Positions 43,930 through 53,748 of a stretch of DNA of 64,000 bases are shown one piece after another. The stretch is from Patescibacteria group bacterium (GTDB lineage Bacteria > Patescibacteriota > UBA1384 > XYA2-FULL-43-10 > 1-14-0-10-43-13): assembly GCA_041666325.1 (NCBI GenBank), contig JBAYHC010000001.1, positions 329,708-393,707 of the forward strand, given 5' to 3'. The notes beneath the pieces are model-generated. The model was not told the DNA's origin. It saw only the letters and a program-made list of their open reading frames with translations, and ran no database searches. The translations under genes and the position numbers were made by a program. Within the stretch, counting starts at the first letter, position 1. Each line of letters begins with the position of its first letter.

Positions 43930-43958
43930 ACCCCGACTTCCCTCGGGGTCGTTTTTTT
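43930..43958. terminator. Intrinsic terminator (ACCCCGA/TCGGGGT stem + T7) between convergent genes
   Basis: 7-bp perfect stem, loop CTTCCC, TTTTTTT. Confidence 0.65.
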
Positions 43959-43969
43959 GTTCCAAAGGA

Positions 43970-44662
43970 TTAGCGTATGCCAACTTCCTTGACATATCGT
44001 TGCATAATTAGCTTCGCTTGCTCGAGCTCTTCGCCGGAAAAAGGTTGCATCTTCATGGCCTCATCGTTATGTTTAGATTGGACAAAGTTTTGAATAAAGT
44101 AGAGGCGCGCACCAGTGATCATCTCCCCCATGCCGTCAAAATCACCCATTGAGTGGAGTGGCTTAGCGATTGTAGTTCTAAACTCATAATCGATGCCTGA
44201 ATTCATGATCAGATCTATGCTTCTTGTCACCTTCTCCTCGAGATTCTGGATAAGCGACCTGCTCACCTCCCGATAACGCTTTAGCGGTGCCTTAATATCG
44301 GTAGCGATATAATCAACAGCTCCCTCCTTTATCACCGCCTCCAATCTGTCCGGAAATGAACCGTTGGTGTCCAATTTAACCAAATAACCCAGATCCTTCA
44401 TCCTCACAATAAATTCGCCAATATCAGCAAACATCATCGGCTCGCCACCGGTGATACAAACTGCTTCGAGTCTGCCACGACGGCTCTTTAGAAAATCGAA
44501 AAACTCCTCCAAGTCCATCTCGGGCAGAAACTTCTCAGGCAAAACCAGCTCTGGGTTATGGCAAAACGGACAACGAAAAGTGCAGCCACGGGTGAAAACC
44601 GTGGCTGCAACTTTGCCGGGATAGTCTACAAGGGTTGTTTTTTGAAGTCCTGCAATAATCAT
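43970..44662 (-). CDS. nrdG: Anaerobic ribonucleotide reductase activating protein (radical SAM)
   Basis: CxxxCxxC radical-SAM cluster motif (CTFRCPFCHNPE), length and pairing with nrdD. Confidence 0.8.
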   Translation of the reverse strand: MIIAGLQKTTLVDYPGKVAATVFTRGCTFRCPFCHNPELVLPEKFLPEMDLEEFFDFLKSRRGRLEAVCITGGEPMMFADIGEFIVRMKDLGYLVKLDTNGSFPDRLEAVIKEGAVDYIATDIKAPLKRYREVSRSLIQNLEEKVTRSIDLIMNSGIDYEFRTTIAKPLHSMGDFDGMGEMITGARLYFIQNFVQSKHNDEAMKMQPFSGEELEQAKLIMQRYVKEVGIR

Positions 44663-44733
44663 ATTTATTACGTATTAGATATTAAGTATCATGCGGCGAA
44701 CCATAATACATACTACCTGACACTTGGTGCCGG

Positions 44734-46941
44734 CTATGCGACAAGGGTTGGCTGTTTTGTGTCAGATTGCTCTTGCGCCTTTTCGCTGCTCTTTAGCTTA
44801 TCGTGCTCCAAGCTCTTCTCCATACTATAGGTCTCGCGATCATCAAATTCGGCACGTTTACCGGGGTTCCATTGCTTAACTGGTCTGATATAACCAACGA
44901 TGCGCGAATATATTTCATTCTCTGAACCGCACTTCTTGCACTTCACAACCTTGCCTGGCATGTAGCCATGGTTGGGGCAAACCGAAAATGTCGGGGTGAT
45001 GGTGAAGTACGGCAGCTTGTAATTGTAGCAAACGCTTCTGACCAATGATTTCATTGCCTCGATATCCTTGATCTCTTCACCGATGAAGAGATGGACAACG
45101 GTACCACCGGTATATTTGGTTTGCAAGTCATCCTGCAGGTCCATAAGCTCAAAAACATCTTCGGTAAAATCAACAGGCAAATGAGAGGAGTTGGTGTAGT
45201 ATGGCGCTGCGCCGTACTCCTGGTACTCATACTCATTGGCAACCATGATATCGGGATAGCGTTTTTTGTCCAATGTTGCAAAACGATATGTTGTGCCCTC
45301 GCCTGGTGTGGCCTCAAGGTTATAGTAGTTGCCCGTTTCATCCTGATATTTGATCATTCTCTCGCGCATAAAATCCAGGACATCGCGAGCAAATTTCTGT
45401 CCTTCGGCTGTTGTAATATCTCGCCCAAACAAGTTGAGCGCTGCCTCATTCAAACCAAGAAGGCCGATAGTAGAGAAGTGATTTGACCAGTATCTATTGT
45501 CTCGTTTGAAGATATTGCGAAGGTAGAACTTGGCATAAGGGTACAATCCGCTCTCAGTGAATTTCTCCAAAATCTTCCGCTTCATCTCAAGGCTCTCTTT
45601 GGCTAAGTCCATGAGATAGCCAAGATTGTAATAGAATTCGTCCTTGCTGTGAGAACGATAGCCAAGTCTCGGCATGTTGATGGTGACAACTCCGATTGAT
45701 CCGGTTAGAGGATTGGCGCCGAAGAGTCCGCCGCCGCGCTTACGCAGCTCCCTGTTGTCAAGGCGCAATCGGCAGCACATGCTTCGCGCATCTTCTGGCT
45801 TCATATCAGAGTTAATGAAGTTGGAGAAATATGGAATGCCATACTTGGCTGTCATCTTCCAAAGGCCATCGAGATTTGGATTATCCCAATCAAAATCGTG
45901 TGTAATATTGTAAGTAGGGATAGGAAAGGTAAAAACTCTTCCCTTGGCATCGCCCTCTGTCACAACCTCACAGAAAGCCTTGTTAAACATGTCCATTTCC
46001 TTCTGGAATTCCTTGTAGGTCTCTTTCATGATCTTGCCACCGATGACAACCGGTTCATCCACAAGAGTTCCTGGGCAGGCTAGATCAAGCGTTACGTTCG
46101 TAAATGGAGTTTGGAAGCCGACACGGGTTGGCACATTCATGTTGTACATAAACTCCTGAATTGCCTGCTTCACTTCCTTGTACTCCAGCTTGTCGTAGCG
46201 AATATATGGAGCCATCAAAGTGTCAAAATTTGAAACCGCCTCTGCCCCGGCAGCCTCGCCCTGAAGAGTATAGAGCATGTTGACTAACTGGCCGAGAGCA
46301 CTCTTTAAGTGTTTTGGTGGACGGCACTCAATCTTGCCCTCTGCACCCTTGAAACCTTCTCGGAGCAGGTCTTGCAGATCCCAACCAACGCAATACACAG
46401 AAAGCTTGTCGAGATCATGAACATGAATATCACCCTCAGCCGCAACACGACGAATTTCAGGAGTGTAGATTTTGTTAAGCCAATAGCTCTTCGAGATCTC
46501 GGAGGAAACGTAATTATTCAAGCCCTGCAACGAGTAGGCCATATTGGAGTTCTCTTTGACCTGCCAATCTATATTGTTGATGTACTGGTCCATCAAATCA
46601 ACCCGCTGGGCCTCCGCCATCTCGCGCATTTCTGCGTGCTTCTGGCGATAGATGATATAGGCTTTGGCCGTGGTACGATATTTGGATGCCAACAGTACTT
46701 CTTCGACAACATCCTGCATCTCTTCAACAGTTGGAATTTTGCGCCTGATGACCTCAGGCAATCGATCAGTTATCTTTTTGGCCAATTTTTTTGCCTCGGC
46801 TTCTCCGAACTCTCCCGACGCCATACCTGCCTTTAGCACTGCGGTAACGATTTTATTTTCGTCAAAAGAAACGATTCTTCCATCTCGTTTGCGGATCTTG
46901 CTAAACATTCCTCCTCCTAAACTAATTTCTCCAAAGGTCAC
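44734..46941 (-). CDS. nrdD: Anaerobic ribonucleoside-triphosphate reductase (class III)
   Basis: ATP-cone N-terminus, C-terminal glycyl-radical motif region and CxxC...CxxC zinc ribbon (CKKCGSEN); about 735 aa. Confidence 0.85.
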   Translation of the reverse strand: MTFGEISLGGGMFSKIRKRDGRIVSFDENKIVTAVLKAGMASGEFGEAEAKKLAKKITDRLPEVIRRKIPTVEEMQDVVEEVLLASKYRTTAKAYIIYRQKHAEMREMAEAQRVDLMDQYINNIDWQVKENSNMAYSLQGLNNYVSSEISKSYWLNKIYTPEIRRVAAEGDIHVHDLDKLSVYCVGWDLQDLLREGFKGAEGKIECRPPKHLKSALGQLVNMLYTLQGEAAGAEAVSNFDTLMAPYIRYDKLEYKEVKQAIQEFMYNMNVPTRVGFQTPFTNVTLDLACPGTLVDEPVVIGGKIMKETYKEFQKEMDMFNKAFCEVVTEGDAKGRVFTFPIPTYNITHDFDWDNPNLDGLWKMTAKYGIPYFSNFINSDMKPEDARSMCCRLRLDNRELRKRGGGLFGANPLTGSIGVVTINMPRLGYRSHSKDEFYYNLGYLMDLAKESLEMKRKILEKFTESGLYPYAKFYLRNIFKRDNRYWSNHFSTIGLLGLNEAALNLFGRDITTAEGQKFARDVLDFMRERMIKYQDETGNYYNLEATPGEGTTYRFATLDKKRYPDIMVANEYEYQEYGAAPYYTNSSHLPVDFTEDVFELMDLQDDLQTKYTGGTVVHLFIGEEIKDIEAMKSLVRSVCYNYKLPYFTITPTFSVCPNHGYMPGKVVKCKKCGSENEIYSRIVGYIRPVKQWNPGKRAEFDDRETYSMEKSLEHDKLKSSEKAQEQSDTKQPTLVA

Positions 46942-46999
46942 TTAAAGGGGTGACGATTTTTAATTTACCCCATATCTAGTACCAAGGACAACCTAACAG

Positions 47000-47015
47000 A
47001 TACTATATGTAGTGT
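47000..47015. promoter_or_regulatory. NrdR-box-like palindrome ATACTATATGTAGTGT upstream of nrdD
   Basis: 14/16 match to the NrdR box consensus acaCwAtATaTwGtgt, about 60 bp upstream of the nrdD start; weaker second site about 32 bp away (46967-46983). Confidence 0.35.
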
Positions 47016-47160
47016 ATTTATCGTCAAAGTTATCAACATGACAGAATTTACTCTGGGAGCCTTAAAAAATGAAAAAGGTCGCCACTGGCGCCTAATATTT
47101 ATACCTTGGGGGCAAGTATAGCAATGGCTGAATACTTGCGGATGGCTTGCCGCCAGCCAC

Positions 47161-48921
47161 CTACTGCTTCTCAACTGTGAGCAATGCTTCCCCCACGTTG
47201 CCTGCCGCATCATACGCCTTTGCTTTTAGCGTATAACTACCGGGGCCGACATTCGAATAGTCCCAACGACGAAGAATAGCGTCTGCACTCTCCTCTGCGA
47301 CAAGTGAGTCATTGATATAAATTTCCACCTTAACAACAGCAACATTGTCGCTACCCTCAGCCTTGATGAGCAAATTACCGCTCGCCCAGTTATATGGATT
47401 CTCACTCGGCTTAGAAAAAGAAACGGAGGGCGATGTTGTGTCCGCAACACTAGTACTGGTCCCACCCGAGCTATCTGCTATCTGGGATACTCCCCCGGAC
47501 GAAGCGCTACTGTTGCTCGGTTGACCAGTCTGAACGATGTTTAGGCTGAATGATTTCTCTGACGAAACACCATCTGTGTCTATCGCCTTCGCCTTGAAGA
47601 CATATGTGCCGGAGACTAGGCCGCTAAGATCGACTGCAACCTCGTATGGATCAGCGATGTCCTCAAGCAAGACCGTATCGTCACGATAAAAGACAACTTT
47701 ACTGACCCCCCTGTCATCACTTGCGGCAACAACAAAATCGAACTGTTCCCCGAGAGTGCCTCCGTTTGTCGGTGATGTGATCTTAACACTTGGAGGAGAG
47801 TTTGATGGCTGGACTGGGGCAGAAGGCTCCGTATCCGACTGAAGACTGTCGACGATATTGTCCAGCCAGCTCTTCGTACCGGGACTCGAAGGCAGACCGA
47901 CGGTCGATTGCATCGCATGGTAATCATAGCCTGAATAAAAATAAGCGTAGTCTTCGGCAATAATCTCCGGCTCGCACGTCTCCCAGCCGGTCGAGCAATC
48001 AACTGTGGTCGCATCTTTGGAGAGGGGCCTCACGTTGTAATAGCTATCAGGAAATCGTGTCCCTGCCGCAAGGTCAGCGTCAACCCACTTGTGATAGAGA
48101 GTGTAATGATGTCCATACTCGTGAGCCAAGACTGCCTTCATATAGTCATCGAAGTAGGTGGAATCTTTGTAGTACGAAGAATTCAAGGTGATCCAACCGA
48201 AGGCAGAGGTGATATCGCCAGTAGAGGTCATCGTATACGATCCGTTGTACAGACCACTCCAACCCGTGTCGCCAGCATCGCGAACCGTAATTTCCTTAAG
48301 AGCACTGATCTCTCCGCTCCACTTGAGTGTATTGTTTAGATAGTCCTTTAGCAATTGCTCCAGGTCAGGATAGCGGCCTGTTTCATCGCTGAATTTAACA
48401 CCGTAGGGGTCGGTCTGACTACTGGTGATATCTGCAACGCGGTTGTACTCGCCCTGGCTAACATTACCCTCAGAAACAACCGTAGTCACAGTACCGTTCT
48501 CGTTCCTGACTACCTCTCCTGCAATCTTATTGGAAGACGTTTCTTGCTTGGGGGGGCTTTTGGCAATCTGTTTCTTGGCTTCGGGTTTAGGCTTGTCCTG
48601 AGATGGTGGTGGCGTTTCCTCTCCGGCAACAGAACCTGTCGTCGCGGCGGGTAGCACCGCATCCGCCTCTGACCCAGTTGCAACAATCGGAGCAAGATTG
48701 ACGCTCTGCAACCCTGAACCAGGATTGCCCCGGATCCAATCAACCGGATCAATACCGTGCTCAATAAAATAAGCTCCGACCAAGAGCCCGCCCGAAGAAG
48801 CGACTATCGCCAAAGACAAAATCGCCCTCTTGGTAAGAGGGCCTAACATCTGGCGAACTTTGCCAACAACCTTGGCCGGCAAAGACGCGAACCAAAAACG
48901 GTAATGCATATCGCCTTTCAT
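47161..48921 (-). CDS. Membrane-anchored putative zinc metallopeptidase (HEXXH) with C-terminal Ig-like domains
   Basis: N-terminal TM, AHEYGHHYTLYH HEXXH motif, C-terminal beta-sandwich repeats (..GTYVFKAKAIDTDGVSS..). Confidence 0.5.
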   Translation of the reverse strand: MKGDMHYRFWFASLPAKVVGKVRQMLGPLTKRAILSLAIVASSGGLLVGAYFIEHGIDPVDWIRGNPGSGLQSVNLAPIVATGSEADAVLPAATTGSVAGEETPPPSQDKPKPEAKKQIAKSPPKQETSSNKIAGEVVRNENGTVTTVVSEGNVSQGEYNRVADITSSQTDPYGVKFSDETGRYPDLEQLLKDYLNNTLKWSGEISALKEITVRDAGDTGWSGLYNGSYTMTSTGDITSAFGWITLNSSYYKDSTYFDDYMKAVLAHEYGHHYTLYHKWVDADLAAGTRFPDSYYNVRPLSKDATTVDCSTGWETCEPEIIAEDYAYFYSGYDYHAMQSTVGLPSSPGTKSWLDNIVDSLQSDTEPSAPVQPSNSPPSVKITSPTNGGTLGEQFDFVVAASDDRGVSKVVFYRDDTVLLEDIADPYEVAVDLSGLVSGTYVFKAKAIDTDGVSSEKSFSLNIVQTGQPSNSSASSGGVSQIADSSGGTSTSVADTTSPSVSFSKPSENPYNWASGNLLIKAEGSDNVAVVKVEIYINDSLVAEESADAILRRWDYSNVGPGSYTLKAKAYDAAGNVGEALLTVEKQ

Positions 48922-48977
48922 CGCTTGTGCCTATGAAACCATTGCAGCAGATAAGATATCGGCCGATGTTGAAATTG

Positions 48978-49547
48978 TTAGTAGTGAATAATTTGATTGG
49001 TGGTTAATCGTTGACCCGGATCCCATGACTCGGAACCATTGCCCCGTGTTGCAACCAAGCCTGTGAGTAGAAGCTCAAAGTTCGCTATCGTCCGACCACT
49101 GCTAGTGTACCATTCACCGCTGCAATAGCGCATGCCCCGACCATATTCCCATGGTTTAGGCATCGAGGGCAGATAGGCGCTTAGGGCAACACCGAGATTG
49201 CGCGGACCGCTAGTCCACTCGAAGTGCTCATCGTTTGGCGAAACAGTCGGAGTCCAGCTACTGTGCGCACATAGGCCAGATCCAGCGTGCGTGTATGTCG
49301 TAAAGTCATTATAAGGAGCATGAGCCAATGTCCCTGTGTAACCTTGCCCGACCGGATAACGTTTGTTGTCGGCCTTAAACATAACCAATCCGCCCGCAAC
49401 AGCCTCTAGGTCGGCAATTCCGCGCGCATCCTTTGATTTCTCCTGAGCACCGTTGAAGTTGACAACGGCAACAGTTGCCAAGATACTAATGATCACCGCA
49501 ACAACCATAAGCTCAATTATCGTGAAACCCTTTTTCATAATTGGCAT
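48978..49547 (-). CDS. Type IV pilin-like protein
   Basis: MPIMKKG|FTIIELMVVAVIISILA prepilin leader. Confidence 0.7.
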   Translation of the reverse strand: MPIMKKGFTIIELMVVAVIISILATVAVVNFNGAQEKSKDARGIADLEAVAGGLVMFKADNKRYPVGQGYTGTLAHAPYNDFTTYTHAGSGLCAHSSWTPTVSPNDEHFEWTSGPRNLGVALSAYLPSMPKPWEYGRGMRYCSGEWYTSSGRTIANFELLLTGLVATRGNGSESWDPGQRLTTNQIIHY

Positions 49548-49561
49548 CCATTTTTAGTTTG

Positions 49562-50113
49562 CTATAAACCAGTGCCTACGCGGTAATTCTTTTGCCATCC
49601 GGTCCTTGCCAGCTGATCGCAAACAGCACTATCGCTGGGATAGGTCTGCAAATCAGTATCGCTCGGTCTCTCCAATGTGGCGTAGAGAGAGTACTTGGCT
49701 GAATCAGTCTTGTATATGTAGCCACAAGCATCGCTGTCGCAGAGCGGATCCCTTTGAGCCGATGAAAGCACACCGGCCTCAATCAGGCCTTGGATAATCG
49801 ACTTATGATATGGATAGGTTGCGGCTCCTGGACCGCTATAGTTGAGCCAGCTAATATCTATCCCGCCCGAATCTTTTCCGCCCGTAGTTCCGATTTTGTA
49901 GCTGCCATTGTTGATCTTGTACATCTCAATAGCGGTCGAGATCTGCTTCAGGTCAGCCCTTCGCCTGGCGTCTCTGTTCCTTGCCTTGGCTTCACCGTAT
50001 TGAGCTACGGCCACCGTTGCCAAAACCCCAATAATGACAATTATGATCAGGAGCTCGATCAGAGTGAAGGCCTTCTTGTATCTCATATGTTTCATATGTT
50101 TATATCCCAGCAC
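49562..50113 (-). CDS. Type IV pilin-like protein
   Basis: ..RYKKA|FTLIELLIIIVIIGVLA leader (Ala at -1). Confidence 0.65.
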   Translation of the reverse strand: MLGYKHMKHMRYKKAFTLIELLIIIVIIGVLATVAVAQYGEAKARNRDARRRADLKQISTAIEMYKINNGSYKIGTTGGKDSGGIDISWLNYSGPGAATYPYHKSIIQGLIEAGVLSSAQRDPLCDSDACGYIYKTDSAKYSLYATLERPSDTDLQTYPSDSAVCDQLARTGWQKNYRVGTGL

Positions 50114-50594
50114 AAGAAATTGACTTGTCTGTTGTGGTTAAGATATTAATTCCCGGCTCTTGCGTTGGGTTGATATGACTGAAATTAGAAGTGAGTGGAT
50201 AGTAGTAGTAGAAGGTGGAGGCAGCGTCACTTTTGCGCATGGTTATACCTGATCCTGTCCAATAGGTAGACGCCAGAACACTTGATCCGCTGACATATCT
50301 GTCCGATTCATAGTCGTAGTGGCCACACGGCGGCTGTGGCATCGCGCTTGAACTCATATAAGCGCTCATCTCAGCAGGCAAAACACCACCAGCAACATCG
50401 TAAGGATATCTATCGCTAGTTGACTCATACATCCTGGCAGCCTTGGCAAGCACCTCCATATCACTCACAATCCTCGAGTAATTGGCCTTATCCTTGCTGC
50501 TATACATCGTGACCATAACAATAGTCGCTAAAACCATGATAATGAGAACCACTACCAACATTTCAATGAGAGTAAACGCCCTTCTCTCCCTCAC
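50100..50594 (-). CDS. Type IV pilin-like protein (GTG start)
   Basis: (M)RERRA|FTLIEMLVVVLIIMVLA leader; AAAGGAGG RBS. Confidence 0.65.
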   Translation of the reverse strand: MRERRAFTLIEMLVVVLIIMVLATIVMVTMYSSKDKANYSRIVSDMEVLAKAARMYESTSDRYPYDVAGGVLPAEMSAYMSSSAMPQPPCGHYDYESDRYVSGSSVLASTYWTGSGITMRKSDAASTFYYYYPLTSNFSHINPTQEPGINILTTTDKSISCAGI

Positions 50595-50759
50595 TTGCCT
50601 CCTTTATAGGACTAAAATCTTACTATAATTTTAAACAATACTGCAGGCCTTGTCAACGACGCGCTACACAGACAAGGCACCACTAGCACCTTATCAGCGA
50701 CAGAAAAATCATGTTTCCGCCGAAGTCCAGGGGCAGTCAGGATATCAACAAGCACCAAA

Positions 50760-52856
50760 CTACAACCTGGTCTCAATCCGCTTGAGAAGAACCGCGTTGG
50801 TCGCAACAATGATCGATGAAGCCGACATGAGCAGAGCCGAGATCTCGGGCCGAAGGATTATTCCGTATGAAGTATAGAAAACTCCAGCAGCGACGGGAAT
50901 CGCGAGAATGTTGTAGATCGAAGCCCAAAACAGGTTTTGTTTCATCTTACCAACAGTCGCCCGGCTTAGCTTCAGGGCCCGAACAATATCATATGGATCT
51001 GATTTCATGAGCACGATATTGCCCGTCTCGATCGCCACATCGGTACCGGCACCGATAGCAATACCAATATCAGCTTGCGCCAAAGCAGGAGCGTCATTAA
51101 TACCATCGCCAACCATAGCCACAAACTCTCCCTCTTGTTGAAGTTTCTTTACATAATTTGCCTTATCTTGAGGCAAAACCTCAGCAAACACTCGATCGAT
51201 TGCCAGCTCTTCTCCGATTGCTTCGGCAGTTTGCTTATTGTCGCCCGTAATCATTGTCACGAAAATACCCAGCTTTTTTAATTCAGAAATTGTCTTTTTG
51301 GCGTTTGATCTGACGATATCGGCAGCCCCGAGCACACCGGTAACATGTCCATTGATGGCCAAGAGCATCAATGTTTTGCCTTCACCAAGCAACTTCTCGA
51401 TCTCATCTTGCAAGGGAGTAATATCAATTTTTCTATCGTTCATCAATTTGATTGTTCCGACAAGAACCTGGTCTCCTTCGACGGTCGCTTCAATACCTAG
51501 TCCGGACAGAGAAACAAAGTTCTCAATTTTCTTAGAGTAAGAAATAGACCTCTTCTCCGCTTCGTCGATGACTGCTTGGCTTAAAGGGTGGCCGGACCTT
51601 GATTCCGCTGCTGCCGCCAAACGAACTACGTCATCCGGCTTGAACCCCTTGGCGGTCACGACATCGGTGACCTTCGGCTTTCCCTCAGTTAAGGTGCCAG
51701 TTTTATCCAGGACAATGGCAGTAATTTTGGAGGTATTTTCGAGTGTCGCTGCATCCTTGATTAAAACGTTGTGCTTGGCACCAATGCCCGTACCAACGGC
51801 AATCGCCGTTGGTGTTGCCAGTCCCAAAGCATCCGGACAGGCAATCACAATCGCGGAAACGGCAAAAGTTAAAGCAGAGATCAGCGTTGCACCGGCAATG
51901 ACGTACCAGCTAAAGAAGGTCGCCACGCCAGCAACAATTGCGAGCACCACTAGCCAGGCAGCAGCACGATCAGCAATCCTCTGTCCTGGCGCCTTTGAAT
52001 TCTGCGCAATCTCGACCAACTTAATAATTTGGGCCAAGACAGTATTAGAACCAACTTGCGTCGCCTTAAATTCGACTGAGCCAGTCTGGTTGACTGAACC
52101 ACCGATAACTTTATCACCAGCAATCTTTTCCACCGGAATCGACTCACCTGTGACTAAAGATTCATCAACCGAACTTTTGCCCCCAACGATTTCTCCGTCC
52201 ACTGGCACTTTGTCACCCGGCCTTAGGACAACTATGTCGCCCTCGACGATCTCGGCACTTGGAATTGAAACTTCTTTACCGCTCCGAAGAACAGTTGCCT
52301 GAGGCGGGACCAGATCAAAAAGAGTGCGCAAAGCATCTGACGTGCCGCGACGGGAGCGCACCTCCATCCAGTGACCAAACAGGACAAAGGTTACCAAGAG
52401 AGCGGCAGCCTCGTAAAAAGTCTCACCTCCAACAGTTAGGGTTATGAGAACGCTAAACAGAAAAGCGGCGAGGACCCCAGTGGCTATCAGAACAGACATG
52501 TCTAGCTTTTTGCTCTTTAGAGAATGATAGGCACCGACCACAAAGATAGATCCGGCCCAAAAGACAACCGGCGTTGTCAAAATTAGCAAAATCCAATTGA
52601 CAGGAATTGGTGCTGGCAGGTCAATTCTGAAAATATTTGCCCCTACTGGCGAATAGAGAAAAATCGGAATTGAAAGTATAAGGGAAAGCCAAAAACGGCG
52701 GCGCATATCCGCCTCCATCTCTTTAGCCATCTGCGGATTAGTCATGGCTGCTTCGTGGTCCGCGTGAGACATTTTCGACATGTCGTGGTTCATGTGGTCG
52801 CTCTGCTCCATAGTACCCATCTCGTGCCGGGAGCGATCATTCAAATCGTGATTCAT
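50760..52856 (-). CDS. P1B-type heavy-metal (copper) ATPase with a His/Met-rich N-terminus and a CPD TM6 motif
   Basis: [21 protein letters not shown]7 N..YN..P and TM8 MSASS (Cu-type), TM6 IACPD (not CPC), N-terminal [25 protein letters not shown]. Confidence 0.85.
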   Translation of the reverse strand: MNHDLNDRSRHEMGTMEQSDHMNHDMSKMSHADHEAAMTNPQMAKEMEADMRRRFWLSLILSIPIFLYSPVGANIFRIDLPAPIPVNWILLILTTPVVFWAGSIFVVGAYHSLKSKKLDMSVLIATGVLAAFLFSVLITLTVGGETFYEAAALLVTFVLFGHWMEVRSRRGTSDALRTLFDLVPPQATVLRSGKEVSIPSAEIVEGDIVVLRPGDKVPVDGEIVGGKSSVDESLVTGESIPVEKIAGDKVIGGSVNQTGSVEFKATQVGSNTVLAQIIKLVEIAQNSKAPGQRIADRAAAWLVVLAIVAGVATFFSWYVIAGATLISALTFAVSAIVIACPDALGLATPTAIAVGTGIGAKHNVLIKDAATLENTSKITAIVLDKTGTLTEGKPKVTDVVTAKGFKPDDVVRLAAAAESRSGHPLSQAVIDEAEKRSISYSKKIENFVSLSGLGIEATVEGDQVLVGTIKLMNDRKIDITPLQDEIEKLLGEGKTLMLLAINGHVTGVLGAADIVRSNAKKTISELKKLGIFVTMITGDNKQTAEAIGEELAIDRVFAEVLPQDKANYVKKLQQEGEFVAMVGDGINDAPALAQADIGIAIGAGTDVAIETGNIVLMKSDPYDIVRALKLSRATVGKMKQNLFWASIYNILAIPVAAGVFYTSYGIILRPEISALLMSASSIIVATNAVLLKRIETRL

Positions 52857-52920
52857 GATAAATCTCCTCCAGCAAACAGGTGTATACCCTTGTTGTCAAA
52901 ACGTAATAATACCCATATCG

Positions 52921-53748
52921 TCAATTGGCAGGACGATGCTTCATTGTACACGCTTCTTCGTGCCGTCCTTTTTCTTCGCGAACTAGTTTGCCGTCCTCAA
53001 TGTAAAGCACCCGATGGGCAACGTCTTTGATCCGCTCATCGTGGCTGACGATGATGACAGTTTTTTGCTGCTCGCAGCCGATCGAACAAAAAAGATTCAT
53101 CACCTCATGACCGATTTTTGAATCGAGATTAGCCGTCGGCTCATCGGCCAGAATTATTTTAGGATCATTCACAAGCGCTCGAGCGATTGAAACCCGCTGT
53201 TTTTCACCACCAGAGAGATCGCGCGGCAAATTGTCCAAACGTCTACCAAGGCCTAGCTTCTCCAGGGCAGCTTTTGCCTTCTTGAATGCCTCCCGTTTGT
53301 TAGTTCCGGCAGCAATCAATGGCACGGCGACGTTCTCGAGCGCAGTGAGCGAAGAAAGTAAGTTGAATGACTGAAAAACGAAACCAAGATTCTTAAGCCT
53401 GAACGCCGGCAAATCCCGCTCCGACATCTGAGTCAAATTGATTGCTTTCTCAATTGTCATTCCAGGCTTGACCTGGAATCCAGGATTTTTATTGATGGAT
53501 CCCTGAATCGAGTTCAGGACAGGCTCTGAATCAAGTTCAGGATGACAATTGAATGTAATCTCGCCAACCGATGGCTTGAGTAGTGCTCCGATCATCGTCA
53601 AAAATGTTGTCTTCCCACTGCCACTCGGCCCCATCACCAAAACAATCTCGCTCTCGTTGATTTCTAGCGAAATATCATCCACTGCCTTCACTTGCGTGTG
53701 GCCGGAACCGTAAACTTTTGATAAATTTTTGATTTCTAATATGCTCAT
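52921..53748 (-). CDS. ABC transporter ATP-binding protein
   Basis: Walker [18 protein letters not shown], Walker [12 protein letters not shown]. Confidence 0.8.
   Translation of the reverse strand: MSILEIKNLSKVYGSGHTQVKAVDDISLEINESEIVLVMGPSGSGKTTFLTMIGALLKPSVGEITFNCHPELDSEPVLNSIQGSINKNPGFQVKPGMTIEKAINLTQMSERDLPAFRLKNLGFVFQSFNLLSSLTALENVAVPLIAAGTNKREAFKKAKAALEKLGLGRRLDNLPRDLSGGEKQRVSIARALVNDPKIILADEPTANLDSKIGHEVMNLFCSIGCEQQKTVIIVSHDERIKDVAHRVLYIEDGKLVREEKGRHEEACTMKHRPAN

Noticed and set aside
47069-47095. Eight-codon mini-ORF (MKKVATGA) upstream of nrdD as a leader peptide
   Set aside because: It is too short and lacks a convincing RBS. It is likely chance
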